This document shows positions 22,123 through 32,122 of a stretch of DNA of 64,000 bases, piece by piece; position 1 is the stretch's first letter, and every line of letters starts with the position of its first letter. The notes beneath the pieces were generated by a model that saw nothing but the letters and a program-made list of their open reading frames with translations, had not been told where the DNA came from and made no database searches. Made by a program: the position numbers and the translations under genes. This DNA comes from Gammaproteobacteria bacterium (lineage in GTDB: Bacteria; Pseudomonadota; Gammaproteobacteria; G965277405): contig OZ255726.1 of NCBI GenBank assembly GCA_965277405.1, forward strand, positions 1,024,001 through 1,088,000, read 5' to 3'.

Positions 22123-24798
22123 ATGATAATAGTTGATGGTGCACACATGATGTTTCGCGCATATTACGCACTACCACCGCTTAATAATAGTAAAGGACAA
22201 CCAACTGGAGCTATTCATGGCATGGTGATGATGCTTGATTCACTACGGAGGACGCATCCAAAGCATCGAATTATCGTAGCGTTTGATTCGCCTGGAGGCA
22301 GTTTTCGTAATGAGATATATCCAGAATATAAAGCCAATCGCGGTCAGATGCCTGACGAACTCGGGGTGCAAATACCCATTATCTTTCAAATTATTGAGTT
22401 ATTAGGGCTGCCGCTGATACGCCAAGCAGGACTTGAGGCTGATGACATTATTGCAACTCTGGCAACAACGTTTGCTGAAAAAGGCGAAGAGGTTATCATT
22501 GCCAGCAGTGATAAAGACCTAGCGCAATTAGTCAGCGATAGCATAGTGATGTACGATGCGATGAAAAAAATTACAATTGATCGAACGGGTGTGATAAAAA
22601 AATTTGGAGTGACACCAGCACAAATCGTCGGTTATTTATCATTAATTGGCGACACAGTAGACAACATTCCTGGTGTGCCAAAAGTTGGTCCAAAAACCGC
22701 AGCAAAATGGTTGAACAAATACAGCACGCTAGAAAATGTACTGCAACATAGTAATTGTATTCAAGGAGTTGTTGGGCAATCACTGCGGGAGAATATCGAT
22801 AATGTCAGAGCAAATGTAGGATTGGTTTTGCTCAAAAAAGATGCTGATCTTGGCACTGTAGAAAATTGGCAACAACAGCCATGTGATGCTGCTGGGATTC
22901 ACACGCTGTTTGCCGAATTAGAGTTTAACAACGTCCCGCAGGATTTATTAGGTGGCTCAGCTGAGCAAGTGATAGCCCGACAACAAACAGTTAAGTACGA
23001 AACTATATTGACAACAGCAGCGTTACAATCTTGGTGCAATAAAATACAGCAACATGGTGTGTTTGCTTTCGATACTGAAACAACATCGCTGCAAACCCAG
23101 CGGGCTAGCATCGTTGGTTTTTCATTAGCGGTTGCAGCCGGTGATGCCTGCTATGTGCCGCTTAATCAAAACCAAGGCAATACTAACGAGCATTCTGGTA
23201 ACGTACAGAATGGGCTGGATGCTGCGCAGGCATTTTCTGTATTTAAAGAAACGTTTGCAAACCCAGCGTTAACATGCGTTGGGCAGAACATAAAATATGA
23301 CCTGCATATTTTAGCAAACTCTGGAATTTTTCCATCATGGCAGATTGAAGATACGATGGTGCTGTCATACATCATCAATTCAACCAAGCCACACGGTTTG
23401 GATGCGTTAGCGCAACGCTATCTGAATCACACCATGATTTCATATAAAGATGTTGTCGCCAAAGACCAAACTTTTGCAGACGTGCCGATTGCTGTGGCGA
23501 CACAATATGCCAGCGAAGACGCTGATATCACCTTACAAGTCTGGCATGCGCTGCAACAAGAGGCAGACGATAAGATTACCCAGGTCTACCAACAGCTTGA
23601 GCGACCGCTGATTCAGGTGCTATTCAAAATGGAGCGTATTGGTGTGCTGATAGATTCTGCAAATTTACACCATCAAACACAACAACTAACAGCACGCTGT
23701 GCCTTGTTACAACAACATGGGTATACATTGGCTGGTGAAACATTCAATATAGATTCTCCAAAACAACTGCAACATATCCTGTTTGATAAACTTGGGATTA
23801 AGGTTGTCAAGAAAACCAGTAAGGGGCAGCCGTCTACGAATGAGGCGGTGCTCCATCAACTTGCTAGCGAACACGCGTTGCCACAAATAATTCTTGAATA
23901 CCGTAGCCTGGCAAAATTGGTTTCTACGTATACGAATAAACTTACAGATATGGCAGATGCGGATACAGGGCGGGTGCATACAAGTTTTCAACAAACAGTT
24001 GCTAGCACGGGCAGGTTATCATCGGTTGAGCCGAACTTACAAAACATTCCAATTAAAACGCCAGAAGGGCGAAGGGTGCGTACCGCATTTATTGCCCCAG
24101 AAGATAACCTTATTATAAGTGCGGATTATTCGCAAATTGAATTGCGTTTAATGGCTCATGTGTCACAAGACGCAGGTCTTATTGCTGCGTTGCAAAACGG
24201 CGGTGATGTGCATAAGTCAACAGCGGCTGAAGTGTTCAATGTTATGATTAGCGAAGTCGACGAACAGCAACGTCGTGCCGCAAAGGCAATAAACTTTGGA
24301 TTGATGTATGGAATGTCAGCTTGGGGTTTGGCTAGACAGTTGGGCGTTGATCCTGCCAAAGCCCAAATATATATTGATAGCTATTTTGAGAAATACCCAG
24401 CAGTCCATGAATTTATGCAACAAACGCGAGATAGTGCGCACGCCAACGGCTATGTCGAAACAATATTTGGACGGCGGTTATATGTCCCAAATATTCATAG
24501 CAGTAACGCGCAAATTCGCATGGGTGCAGAACGTGCCGCGATCAATGGTCCCTTACAAGGGAGTGCTGCGGATATCATTAAAAAAGCTATGATTACAATT
24601 GATAATGAATTAGTAACCGCCTTTGCTGATACCAAAATGGTGTTACAAGTCCATGATGAATTGGTTTTTGAAACACCAACTATACACAGTGAAGCATTCC
24701 AGCATTGGCTGCGCAACAAAATGGAGCATGTTACTGTATTAGCGGTACCGTTAGTGGTTGAATGCGGTGCTGGCACACATTGGGGCAGTGCACATTAA
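22123..24798 (+). CDS. polA: DNA polymerase I
   Basis: 5'-3' exonuclease (VDG..FRAYYA, EADDIIAT, GVPKVGPKTA), proofreading domain (FDTETT), polymerase motifs ADYSQIELR, KAINFGLMYG, LQVHDEL. Confidence 0.98.
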   Translation: MIIVDGAHMMFRAYYALPPLNNSKGQPTGAIHGMVMMLDSLRRTHPKHRIIVAFDSPGGSFRNEIYPEYKANRGQMPDELGVQIPIIFQIIELLGLPLIRQAGLEADDIIATLATTFAEKGEEVIIASSDKDLAQLVSDSIVMYDAMKKITIDRTGVIKKFGVTPAQIVGYLSLIGDTVDNIPGVPKVGPKTAAKWLNKYSTLENVLQHSNCIQGVVGQSLRENIDNVRANVGLVLLKKDADLGTVENWQQQPCDAAGIHTLFAELEFNNVPQDLLGGSAEQVIARQQTVKYETILTTAALQSWCNKIQQHGVFAFDTETTSLQTQRASIVGFSLAVAAGDACYVPLNQNQGNTNEHSGNVQNGLDAAQAFSVFKETFANPALTCVGQNIKYDLHILANSGIFPSWQIEDTMVLSYIINSTKPHGLDALAQRYLNHTMISYKDVVAKDQTFADVPIAVATQYASEDADITLQVWHALQQEADDKITQVYQQLERPLIQVLFKMERIGVLIDSANLHHQTQQLTARCALLQQHGYTLAGETFNIDSPKQLQHILFDKLGIKVVKKTSKGQPSTNEAVLHQLASEHALPQIILEYRSLAKLVSTYTNKLTDMADADTGRVHTSFQQTVASTGRLSSVEPNLQNIPIKTPEGRRVRTAFIAPEDNLIISADYSQIELRLMAHVSQDAGLIAALQNGGDVHKSTAAEVFNVMISEVDEQQRRAAKAINFGLMYGMSAWGLARQLGVDPAKAQIYIDSYFEKYPAVHEFMQQTRDSAHANGYVETIFGRRLYVPNIHSSNAQIRMGAERAAINGPLQGSAADIIKKAMITIDNELVTAFADTKMVLQVHDELVFETPTIHSEAFQHWLRNKMEHVTVLAVPLVVECGAGTHWGSAH

Positions 24799-25451
24799 GG
24801 CGTGTCAATCTGTATGCGCAACCAGTTTTCGACATCATTTAATTGTTGCTGGCTTACTGTATGTTGGTGTTGATATTGTTGAAACGTTACATCGTTGCCG
24901 TGCGCTTGTAACGTGTCTCGTGCCGCTAAGCCAAGTTCAAAAGGGACGACATCATCAGCAGTCCCATGACCAATAAACACAGGAGTTGTCGTTTGAATAT
25001 GCGTGGACTGAATGCAGTAGCAGGCAAGGGCAATGATGGCAGCGAAAGATCGACTACCATTTAAACCGCAATGCAGCGCCAGCGCACCGCCCTGAGAAAA
25101 TCCAGCAATAATAATATTTTTATCCGCAATTCCTTGCGCATTTTGTTGATCAGCAAGAGAATAGATATATGCAGCAGAAGCTGCTACGCCTGGTTGATCG
25201 ACACGCCGATTGATAGCCGTTTCGTAAATATCATACCAAGACGGCATCACCATGCCGTTATTTATACTCACAGCTTGTTTTGCTGCATGTGGAAAGACAT
25301 AGCGAACATGGGTATCAAAAACAAACATATTGGCAACACCAGCAAAATCATCTCCGGTTGCGCCGAGTCCATGTAACCAGATAATACAATATTGCGGTAA
25401 TGTAAATTGTTGAATAACAATTGGTTGGGGGTAGCGTAAATTAGTTGCCAT
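24795..25451 (-). CDS. Phospholipase/carboxylesterase (alpha/beta hydrolase)
   Basis: IIWLHGLGA, MPSWYDI, GFSQGG nucleophile elbow, HGTADDVVP. Confidence 0.92.
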   Translation of the reverse strand: MATNLRYPQPIVIQQFTLPQYCIIWLHGLGATGDDFAGVANMFVFDTHVRYVFPHAAKQAVSINNGMVMPSWYDIYETAINRRVDQPGVAASAAYIYSLADQQNAQGIADKNIIIAGFSQGGALALHCGLNGSRSFAAIIALACYCIQSTHIQTTTPVFIGHGTADDVVPFELGLAARDTLQAHGNDVTFQQYQHQHTVSQQQLNDVENWLRIQIDTP

Positions 25452-25488
25452 GGCTAAACTTATAAAATTATTAAATTATACTGAAATT

Positions 25489-26199
25489 ATGAATATATCG
25501 CGTAAATACATTGTGGTACTGCTTTCTTTGTTTTCTCTTGTATTAGTCGCATGTCAGTCTGATACACAAAGTGAGTTGGCGAACAGCAACACAGCTGCGC
25601 CTGCAACAGTAACACCGCTAGCATCAACATCAAAAACATTAACAAATATTGGTGATTACTTAGAGTTAGCCCAACCGCTTGATATTGGTAGAAAAGATGG
25701 CAAGCCATTTGTCATTGAGTTTTTTTGGTTTGGCTGCTCACATTGTAATGCAACACTCGGCCATATTATAAATTGGAAAAAACGCAATGCGGCTGCGAAT
25801 ATAGATGTTGATCTTATTACAATGCCTGCAGCTTTTGGTGGTTTATGGGATGTGCATGCCAAAGCTTATTATGCCAATGAGCAATTAAATTTAGCAAAAG
25901 AAGCGTATGTCGCAACATATGATGCGCTCCACAAACAACGCCTAAGCTTGCAAAACGCAGAAGAGTTAGCAGATTTTTATAGCAGCAAATATCAGATAGA
26001 CCGCCAGGACTATATTGATGCCTTCAATTCATTTGCGGTACAAAGCAAAGTTCGCAAGGTAGGCGTATTGATGAGTCGCGCTGGTGTGAACAGCGTACCA
26101 ACGTTTATTGTCAATGGTAAATATATTGTTGATGCACAGTTGGCTGGCGGAACAGAGAATTTATTTAATGCGATTGACGTGTTATTGACGATGAAATAA
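25489..26199 (+). CDS. dsbA: Thiol:disulfide oxidoreductase DsbA, probable lipoprotein
   Basis: EFFWFGCSHC active site, GVNSVPTFIVNGKY cis-Pro loop, lipobox LVAC after a hydrophobic leader; ATG 25489 preferred because it avoids overlap with the divergent esterase. Confidence 0.9.
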   Translation: MNISRKYIVVLLSLFSLVLVACQSDTQSELANSNTAAPATVTPLASTSKTLTNIGDYLELAQPLDIGRKDGKPFVIEFFWFGCSHCNATLGHIINWKKRNAAANIDVDLITMPAAFGGLWDVHAKAYYANEQLNLAKEAYVATYDALHKQRLSLQNAEELADFYSSKYQIDRQDYIDAFNSFAVQSKVRKVGVLMSRAGVNSVPTFIVNGKYIVDAQLAGGTENLFNAIDVLLTMK

Positions 26200-26212
26200 C
26201 AGCCAAAGAGTA

Positions 26213-27265
26213 ATGCACGAATCAGCACAACACAACGAACTTCGCTACCGTAGACAGGTTGCTGAAATTGGTGAAAGTGGGCAAAAGCAAATCAATGCAG
26301 CTCGTGTGCTGATTGTTGGCGCAGGTGGTCTTGGCTGTACAGTTGGATTATATTTAGCAGGGGCAGGCATAGGTATAATCGGTATAAGTGACGATGACAT
26401 AGTCACATTGGATAACCTGCATAGACAAATAATTTATCGCGAAATCGATGTTGGTAAAGAGAAAACAAAGGTAGTCGTAACGCAACTGCAGCAGCGTAAT
26501 GCCAGTATTGTAGTTCGTTGCCACCGTGCGTTTACTAGTACCACTCAAGAGATGCTTGAGCAATATTCGCTGGTGATTGATTGTAGTGATAACGCGGCAA
26601 CAAGATATGCGTTGTATGACAGTTGCATTGAGAGCAACAAGCCTCTCGTGTATGCAAGTGTCAGCAAGCGTAGCGGCTATGTTGCCCTGTTTGGAAAATC
26701 TCACGGCTGCCTACGGTGTTTATTTCCAGATGAAAGTGAGGGGTATAGTTGTAGCAGCGACGGTATATTAGGCCCAGTGGTTGGGGTGGCGGCAAGTTTG
26801 CAAGCCAATATGGCAATACGTTGGCTTATTGGTGAACCACAGCCGTGTAATACTTTGCTGCGTTTTGATCTAGCTACACAGCAGTTTATCTCAGCCAGTT
26901 ATCAACGGCGGCTGAGTTGTATATGCCAGCAAACACCAACAACAGCAGTCGTGACAACCCCATTGCTGCCAAGCATTACGGCGATGGAATTAACTCAATA
27001 TCTCGCAGCAGCTAGCGATATACAAGTTATTGATATTCGTCAGCGTGGTGATTTTGATGTGCAACATATTGCTGGTGCTAACCATGTGCCAATCCAGCAG
27101 GTTGCAGCTATTGTTGGGCAGCGATGTACTGAGAAAGTAGTCGTTGTCTGTGAAACAGGTGCGCGGGCACGCAGTGTCGTACGCTCTTTGCAGGCGCAGA
27201 ATGTAGTAAAAAGTATGGTGCTTACAGGTGGTATGGCAGCATGGCAGCAATTTAGCAAATGTTGA
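26213..27265 (+). CDS. moeB: MoeB/ThiF adenylyltransferase fused to a rhodanese domain (MoeZ-like)
   Basis: RYRRQ, VLIVGAGGLG, NLHRQ, DCSDN, CLRCLFP, GILGPVVG; C-terminal rhodanese IDIRQ...HIAGA...VVCETGARA. Confidence 0.88.
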   Translation: MHESAQHNELRYRRQVAEIGESGQKQINAARVLIVGAGGLGCTVGLYLAGAGIGIIGISDDDIVTLDNLHRQIIYREIDVGKEKTKVVVTQLQQRNASIVVRCHRAFTSTTQEMLEQYSLVIDCSDNAATRYALYDSCIESNKPLVYASVSKRSGYVALFGKSHGCLRCLFPDESEGYSCSSDGILGPVVGVAASLQANMAIRWLIGEPQPCNTLLRFDLATQQFISASYQRRLSCICQQTPTTAVVTTPLLPSITAMELTQYLAAASDIQVIDIRQRGDFDVQHIAGANHVPIQQVAAIVGQRCTEKVVVVCETGARARSVVRSLQAQNVVKSMVLTGGMAAWQQFSKC

Positions 27266-27301
27266 TGATCTCGTTATTGATAACGATGCATTTGTCTGCA
27301 T

Positions 27302-28186
27302 TCAATGCAAGGATAGTGACAAATCTACTGCAGCAATATTCTTGGTTATTTCGCCAATAGACAAATAGTCAATGCCTGTTTGTAGGTAGTCATCAAGAGT
27401 TGTCAGTGAAATATTTCCAGAACCTTCTAAGCATACTTTTGGATTATCTGGATTTTGTTGATGGTATGCGCTGCTATGTGCGACCGCTGTGTGGATATCA
27501 GCTAGGGTAAAATTATCTAATAAAATCCTTTCAGGATGAGCCGCAAGGGCTTCTGGTAATTGAGATATAGATTCTATTTCTATTTCTAAAAATTTATGTG
27601 GGGCGGATTCACGCGCCATAGCAACGGCTTGGCTAATTGAACCAATTCCCGCAATATGGTTTTCTTTTATCAAAAAAGCATCGTACAAGCCAATGCGGTG
27701 ATTGGTACAACCACCAACCATGACTGCATATTTTTGCGCTAAACGCAAACCAGGAATGGTTTTACGAGTATCCAGAATGGTGGTATGAAATGGGGCTGCT
27801 TTATCCGCGTATAGCCTTGCCAGCGTCGCAGTTGCAGAAAGCGTTTGTACAAAATTAATGGCCGTACGTTCAGCAGTGAGAATCATCCGAGTTTGTCCAC
27901 GAATAGTGCATAATATTTGCTGCGGCTTGATAACGTCACCATCAGCAACATTCCAGGCAATCGAAATAAATTTATCAAGTTTTCTAAAAACTGTTTCGAA
28001 CCATTCCTTACCACAGAAAACGGCTTGTTCGCGCGTTGTCAAAGTAGCGCTGGATATTTGCTCGCTGCTAATCAGCGCAGACGTGATGTCACCCGTACCG
28101 ATATCTTCTTTTAAAGCATGTTGAATTTGTGCAGATATAGCCGCAGCGTTGACAGGCTGAATTATAAGGTGGGCATGGTTTGACAT
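27302..28186 (-). CDS. nadC: Quinolinate phosphoribosyltransferase
   Basis: ALKEDIGTGDITS, LTAERTAIN, LDTRKTIPGLR, NHRIGLYD..LIKENH, ILLDNF. Confidence 0.96.
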   Translation of the reverse strand: MSNHAHLIIQPVNAAAISAQIQHALKEDIGTGDITSALISSEQISSATLTTREQAVFCGKEWFETVFRKLDKFISIAWNVADGDVIKPQQILCTIRGQTRMILTAERTAINFVQTLSATATLARLYADKAAPFHTTILDTRKTIPGLRLAQKYAVMVGGCTNHRIGLYDAFLIKENHIAGIGSISQAVAMARESAPHKFLEIEIESISQLPEALAAHPERILLDNFTLADIHTAVAHSSAYHQQNPDNPKVCLEGSGNISLTTLDDYLQTGIDYLSIGEITKNIAAVDLSLSLH

Positions 28187-29008
28187 TTATACGGCAACAG
28201 CGGCTGGAATTCTAGGATGGGGTGAGTAGCCATGAATAAAAATATCCGCGAAACAAAAATCATCAATATTAGTAATGCCTGGGTTTAAAGAAATTGTTGG
28301 AAGTGACCGCGGTGTTCGTGACAATTGGAGTTGGGCTTTGTCTACATGGTTTTCATACAAGTGTGTGTCGCCGAGTGTGTGGGTAAAGGTGCCAACATTC
28401 AAGTTGCAAACATGTGCAATCATGTGGGTGAGTAACGCGTAACTGGCGATGTTAAACGGTACTCCTAAAAACATATCCGCGCTACGTTGGGTGAGTTGGC
28501 TGTGCAAGGTTGGCTTGCCACCGTCAGGGCTCATTGCAATAAAAAATTGACAAAGGATGTGGCATGGCTGCAGTTTCATCTGCGCTAAATCCCCAACATT
28601 CCAAGCACTAATAATCAAGCGTCGTGAAGTTGGGTCAGTTTTAATTGTTTTAATAAGGGTATCAATTTGGTCGATAGTATTACCAGCAGTGGTCTTCCAG
28701 TTGCGCCATTGTACCCCGTATACAGGTCCAAGGTCATTGTTGCAGTCTGCCCATTCATCCCAAATCTTTACATTGTGTTGGTGTAAATAGTCAATACAAC
28801 TTTTGCCACTAAGAAACCACAGCAATTCATGGACAACTGCTTTGAAGTGAACCGCTTTTGTGGTGACCAGCGGAAACCCTGAGCTAAGATCAAATTGCAT
28901 GCGTTGGGCAAACAGCCGGTACGCTGCTATATCCGTGCGGTTGGAATCAGGGTCGCGCTGCGCGCTAAGATCGACAAGTTGCTGTAAAATATTAAGATAT
29001 GTCTTCAT
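28187..29008 (-). CDS. thyA: Thymidylate synthase
   Basis: FPLVTTK, ELLWFL, LGPVYGVQWR, SRRLIISAWN, PCH, QRSADMFLGVPFNIASY; start MKTYL overlaps the lgt stop. Confidence 0.97.
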   Translation of the reverse strand: MKTYLNILQQLVDLSAQRDPDSNRTDIAAYRLFAQRMQFDLSSGFPLVTTKAVHFKAVVHELLWFLSGKSCIDYLHQHNVKIWDEWADCNNDLGPVYGVQWRNWKTTAGNTIDQIDTLIKTIKTDPTSRRLIISAWNVGDLAQMKLQPCHILCQFFIAMSPDGGKPTLHSQLTQRSADMFLGVPFNIASYALLTHMIAHVCNLNVGTFTHTLGDTHLYENHVDKAQLQLSRTPRSLPTISLNPGITNIDDFCFADIFIHGYSPHPRIPAAVAV

Positions 29009-29829
29009 GCTTTTCTGCTCTTCCATGCTGGTGCATACGTGGAGGTTTTTTTGGAATACCAAAGCAACCAAGCTCCAACAATGCCCATGGGGATAGTCAG
29101 GAGTTGCCCCATAGTCAGCCAGTTAAATGCCAGATAGCCGAGGTGGGCATCAGGTGTACGGATAAACTCAATGGCGAAGCGTGCAGCAGCGTAGCCAATT
29201 AAAAATATTGCTGTTAAAAAAAATCTAGGACGTTTATTTCGTCCCAGCCAAAATAATAGAATAAATAACAACAGCCCTTCAAATAGTGCTTCATACAACA
29301 TACTCGGATGGCGTGGCATAGGCCCGCCGCCTGTTTTATCAAAAACCACAGCCCAAGGCAGCGTGGTTGGCGCGCCCCAAAGCTCACCGTTAATAAAGTT
29401 GCCAATACGTCCAAAAAATAAACCAATGGGTGAGACGATCGCTATTTGATCACCAATATCAAACGGGTGAAAGTGATGTTTTTTACAATATAGTAAAGTT
29501 GTAACGACAACACCAAGAAACCCACCATGAAACGACATCCCGCCTTTGTTAATAGCAAATAACATTAGTGGATTCTGGATAAATGCAGCAAAGTCATAAA
29601 ACAGCACATAGCCAATTCGCCCTCCTAGAATAATCCCAATCATGATCCACACAATAAATCCTTGGATATGTTCATATGTCCAAATAGCTTGTTTTCCTTG
29701 AAGAGCAATCAGTTTTTTCAAAACCCGCATACACATAAGGAAAGACACCACATACATGATGCCGTACCAATGAACCTGAACCGGACCCAAGGCAACAACA
29801 ACGGGATTAATGTTATGGTGATAAAACAT
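29005..29829 (-). CDS. lgt: Prolipoprotein diacylglyceryl transferase
   Basis: VHWYGIMY, LGGRIGYVLFY, GGMSFHGG, GRIGNFINGELWG, RHPSMLYE; conserved lgt-thyA pair. Confidence 0.97.
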   Translation of the reverse strand: MFYHHNINPVVVALGPVQVHWYGIMYVVSFLMCMRVLKKLIALQGKQAIWTYEHIQGFIVWIMIGIILGGRIGYVLFYDFAAFIQNPLMLFAINKGGMSFHGGFLGVVVTTLLYCKKHHFHPFDIGDQIAIVSPIGLFFGRIGNFINGELWGAPTTLPWAVVFDKTGGGPMPRHPSMLYEALFEGLLLFILLFWLGRNKRPRFFLTAIFLIGYAAARFAIEFIRTPDAHLGYLAFNWLTMGQLLTIPMGIVGAWLLWYSKKTSTYAPAWKSRKA

Positions 29830-29832
29830 GGT

Positions 29833-30846
29833 TTAATCCTGTTGTAACGCAGCCATTAAAGAGACAAGAAACTGTTGACGTAAAATTTTATCGATTGTGG
29901 AATTAAGACGATGAGACATCAAGTTTGCTAATTGGCTGGCAATTTTAATATCCCAGACCAAGCTACCGCGTGGATTTTTTTGACCACCATGTATTGCACT
30001 AATATCAAAATAAATTCTGGCGCGTTGCCAATATGTATCATCTGCAAAAAAAACTGGCTGTGCCTTAACAGAAAAAGCAAACTCATATTTTGGATTTGTA
30101 GCAACAGCAATAAAGCCGTGGTGGACAGGTATGCGCTGGAACATCTTCGGGTTGTCAATCTGTTCGTCGACTACCACTCGGTACGGCAAGGTTTGAATAT
30201 TGTCGATCATTTTTTGCCGAAACTTGCTGATATCAGCAAAAGGATTTACCCGACCTATAGAATGAGAAACAATGCGGAGTTTTCGATTGAGCTCTTCACG
30301 CTTTAATAATAATTGAGTGATTGACGCCAGCACGCTAATTTTACCTAATTGGTCGGCGTCCTCAAGCAGCCTCATTTTTACTGAAATATGCAAATCTATA
30401 TCCTGGATATCTAAGGACATAGAACGGCTGGCAATGCCGCGATTTAATGCAATAAATGCAGTGTATATTAACGTTTCGTCATCAAAATGCGTCCCCAAAA
30501 TCTGACTGCCCTCAATTACTTGATCAGTCCGCGAAGTTGTGTTTTCAACATAGCTTTTATTGCCCCGACTCGACGCTACTGAACCAGTAAAATCGGTTTG
30601 CAAATTTTGGTATAGAGATATTTGGCTGCTAATTTTAGTAGAGAACACTTGAGCCAAGTTTGACCTGGCTCTTATTTTGGCAATTTCTGGGGTGCTACCA
30701 GCGCCTGTTTGGCTAAGATAAGCACTTGAATTGTAGAGGGTTTGTTGTTGTGTTATCCACGCTTCTCGTTCAGCAATTGATATTTTCGGACCACCAGCGC
30801 AGCCCGTAATAGCAAGGCAACAGATAATGTGTACTAAATGTCTCAT
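29833..30846 (-). CDS. Lipoprotein, LPP20-like
   Basis: Lipobox AITGC; 'YLSQTGAG....AKIRARSNLAQ' resembles LPP20 domains; clustered with LpoB-like and COG3014-like genes. Confidence 0.55.
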   Translation of the reverse strand: MRHLVHIICCLAITGCAGGPKISIAEREAWITQQQTLYNSSAYLSQTGAGSTPEIAKIRARSNLAQVFSTKISSQISLYQNLQTDFTGSVASSRGNKSYVENTTSRTDQVIEGSQILGTHFDDETLIYTAFIALNRGIASRSMSLDIQDIDLHISVKMRLLEDADQLGKISVLASITQLLLKREELNRKLRIVSHSIGRVNPFADISKFRQKMIDNIQTLPYRVVVDEQIDNPKMFQRIPVHHGFIAVATNPKYEFAFSVKAQPVFFADDTYWQRARIYFDISAIHGGQKNPRGSLVWDIKIASQLANLMSHRLNSTIDKILRQQFLVSLMAALQQD

Positions 30847-32069
30847 AATAACCAGTGGGTTAAGAATATTGGTTGGTCACTGCTGACGTTGATTGTTGAT
30901 TGATGCTGGGTGCCGCTTGTCGATTTTATCTGAACAAGGTGGTCACCAGTGGTTAATTGTATACGAAAAACCTGTATGGATTGTGGTAGTAGCGACCAAC
31001 TGCGTAAGTCTGCGTCTTCAGTTATACCAAAAAACAAGGAAGACAGAATACCTAAATTTTGATTTTCTTGTTGGATTGCCGTCTGCAATGCCGACTTTAC
31101 CAGCAGACGGGCGATAGTTTTTGCAATAATCACTGCATTATTGTTGTTTAATTCTGTGCGTGCCAGCGCATCAACATCAAAAATTGTAGTGCTGAAAATA
31201 ACAGAGGAGTCTGCGGTTAGCGCAACCTGGACAGGCGGAGGATATGTCGAGTAACTAGGAATTTGATACGGGAAATAAACGCCATTGCTGTTGCCGTAAT
31301 ATACAAGTGTTTCAGGAGTTTTTTTACTGACTAAGCCCTGCAGGACAACCATGGTTATATTTGGATGCGGTAGTGGCGTAGCCAACCGCCAAAGAGCAAG
31401 ATAGGTATTATATTCTTGAATAAGACCAATATTATGCAACGCGTGTAAGAAATCGACTTGCAAAACCTTAGGTACGGCCAGTTTTCCATACGCGATAACT
31501 GCCTTGCGGTATGCTATTGCTGTGTTATCGAGTTCACCTATGGCATTAAAAAGTAAACCACGGAATGCATGCGCTCCTGCTAACAGTATTGGGTCTATAG
31601 TTCCAGGCGTGCCTTGGATAAAAGTTTGTAGTTGCAGAATTTCTACTCTAGCTGCTGCAAAGTTGCCTTCATTGATATAGTTCAGCGCAGCAAATACATA
31701 TAGCAAAATATTTTCATACAACGCACCGATATATGCAGTACTGGTATCGTTGGTGATAAAGCTGGAACCTTGTTCGCTAATACTAGTTGGTCGGTACAGG
31801 GTATAATGGGTTTTTGCTTGTTCAAAAAACGCTGAGCTTGCAGGATAATCATGACTTAAATACGCCAATATAGCACGGCTTCTATACCAGAGACCAAAGT
31901 TACGCTCAGCATCTTCACTCCAGGTAGACTCAGCAATGCGTTGGGCTTGAAGGAAATCACCATGGAGCGTCAGCGAGCGAATTGAACTCATTGCACTAGT
32001 GTTGAGTGCACAACCGTTCATACAGAGTATGAGACCACTCACATACAACAATCTTTTCGAAAAAAACAA
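30843..32069 (-). CDS. COG3014-like TPR-containing lipoprotein
   Basis: Lipobox MNGC; 'Y.G..YE.ILL....ALNY......AARVE' and 'TEDADLRSWSLLP' typical of this family. Confidence 0.7.
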   Translation of the reverse strand: MFFSKRLLYVSGLILCMNGCALNTSAMSSIRSLTLHGDFLQAQRIAESTWSEDAERNFGLWYRSRAILAYLSHDYPASSAFFEQAKTHYTLYRPTSISEQGSSFITNDTSTAYIGALYENILLYVFAALNYINEGNFAAARVEILQLQTFIQGTPGTIDPILLAGAHAFRGLLFNAIGELDNTAIAYRKAVIAYGKLAVPKVLQVDFLHALHNIGLIQEYNTYLALWRLATPLPHPNITMVVLQGLVSKKTPETLVYYGNSNGVYFPYQIPSYSTYPPPVQVALTADSSVIFSTTIFDVDALARTELNNNNAVIIAKTIARLLVKSALQTAIQQENQNLGILSSLFFGITEDADLRSWSLLPQSIQVFRIQLTTGDHLVQIKSTSGTQHQSTINVSSDQPIFLTHWLL

Positions 32070-32122
32070 ACGTATTATTCCTCTTAAAAAACCGAAATAT
32101 TGTGAACGTTAACTTACAGCTG

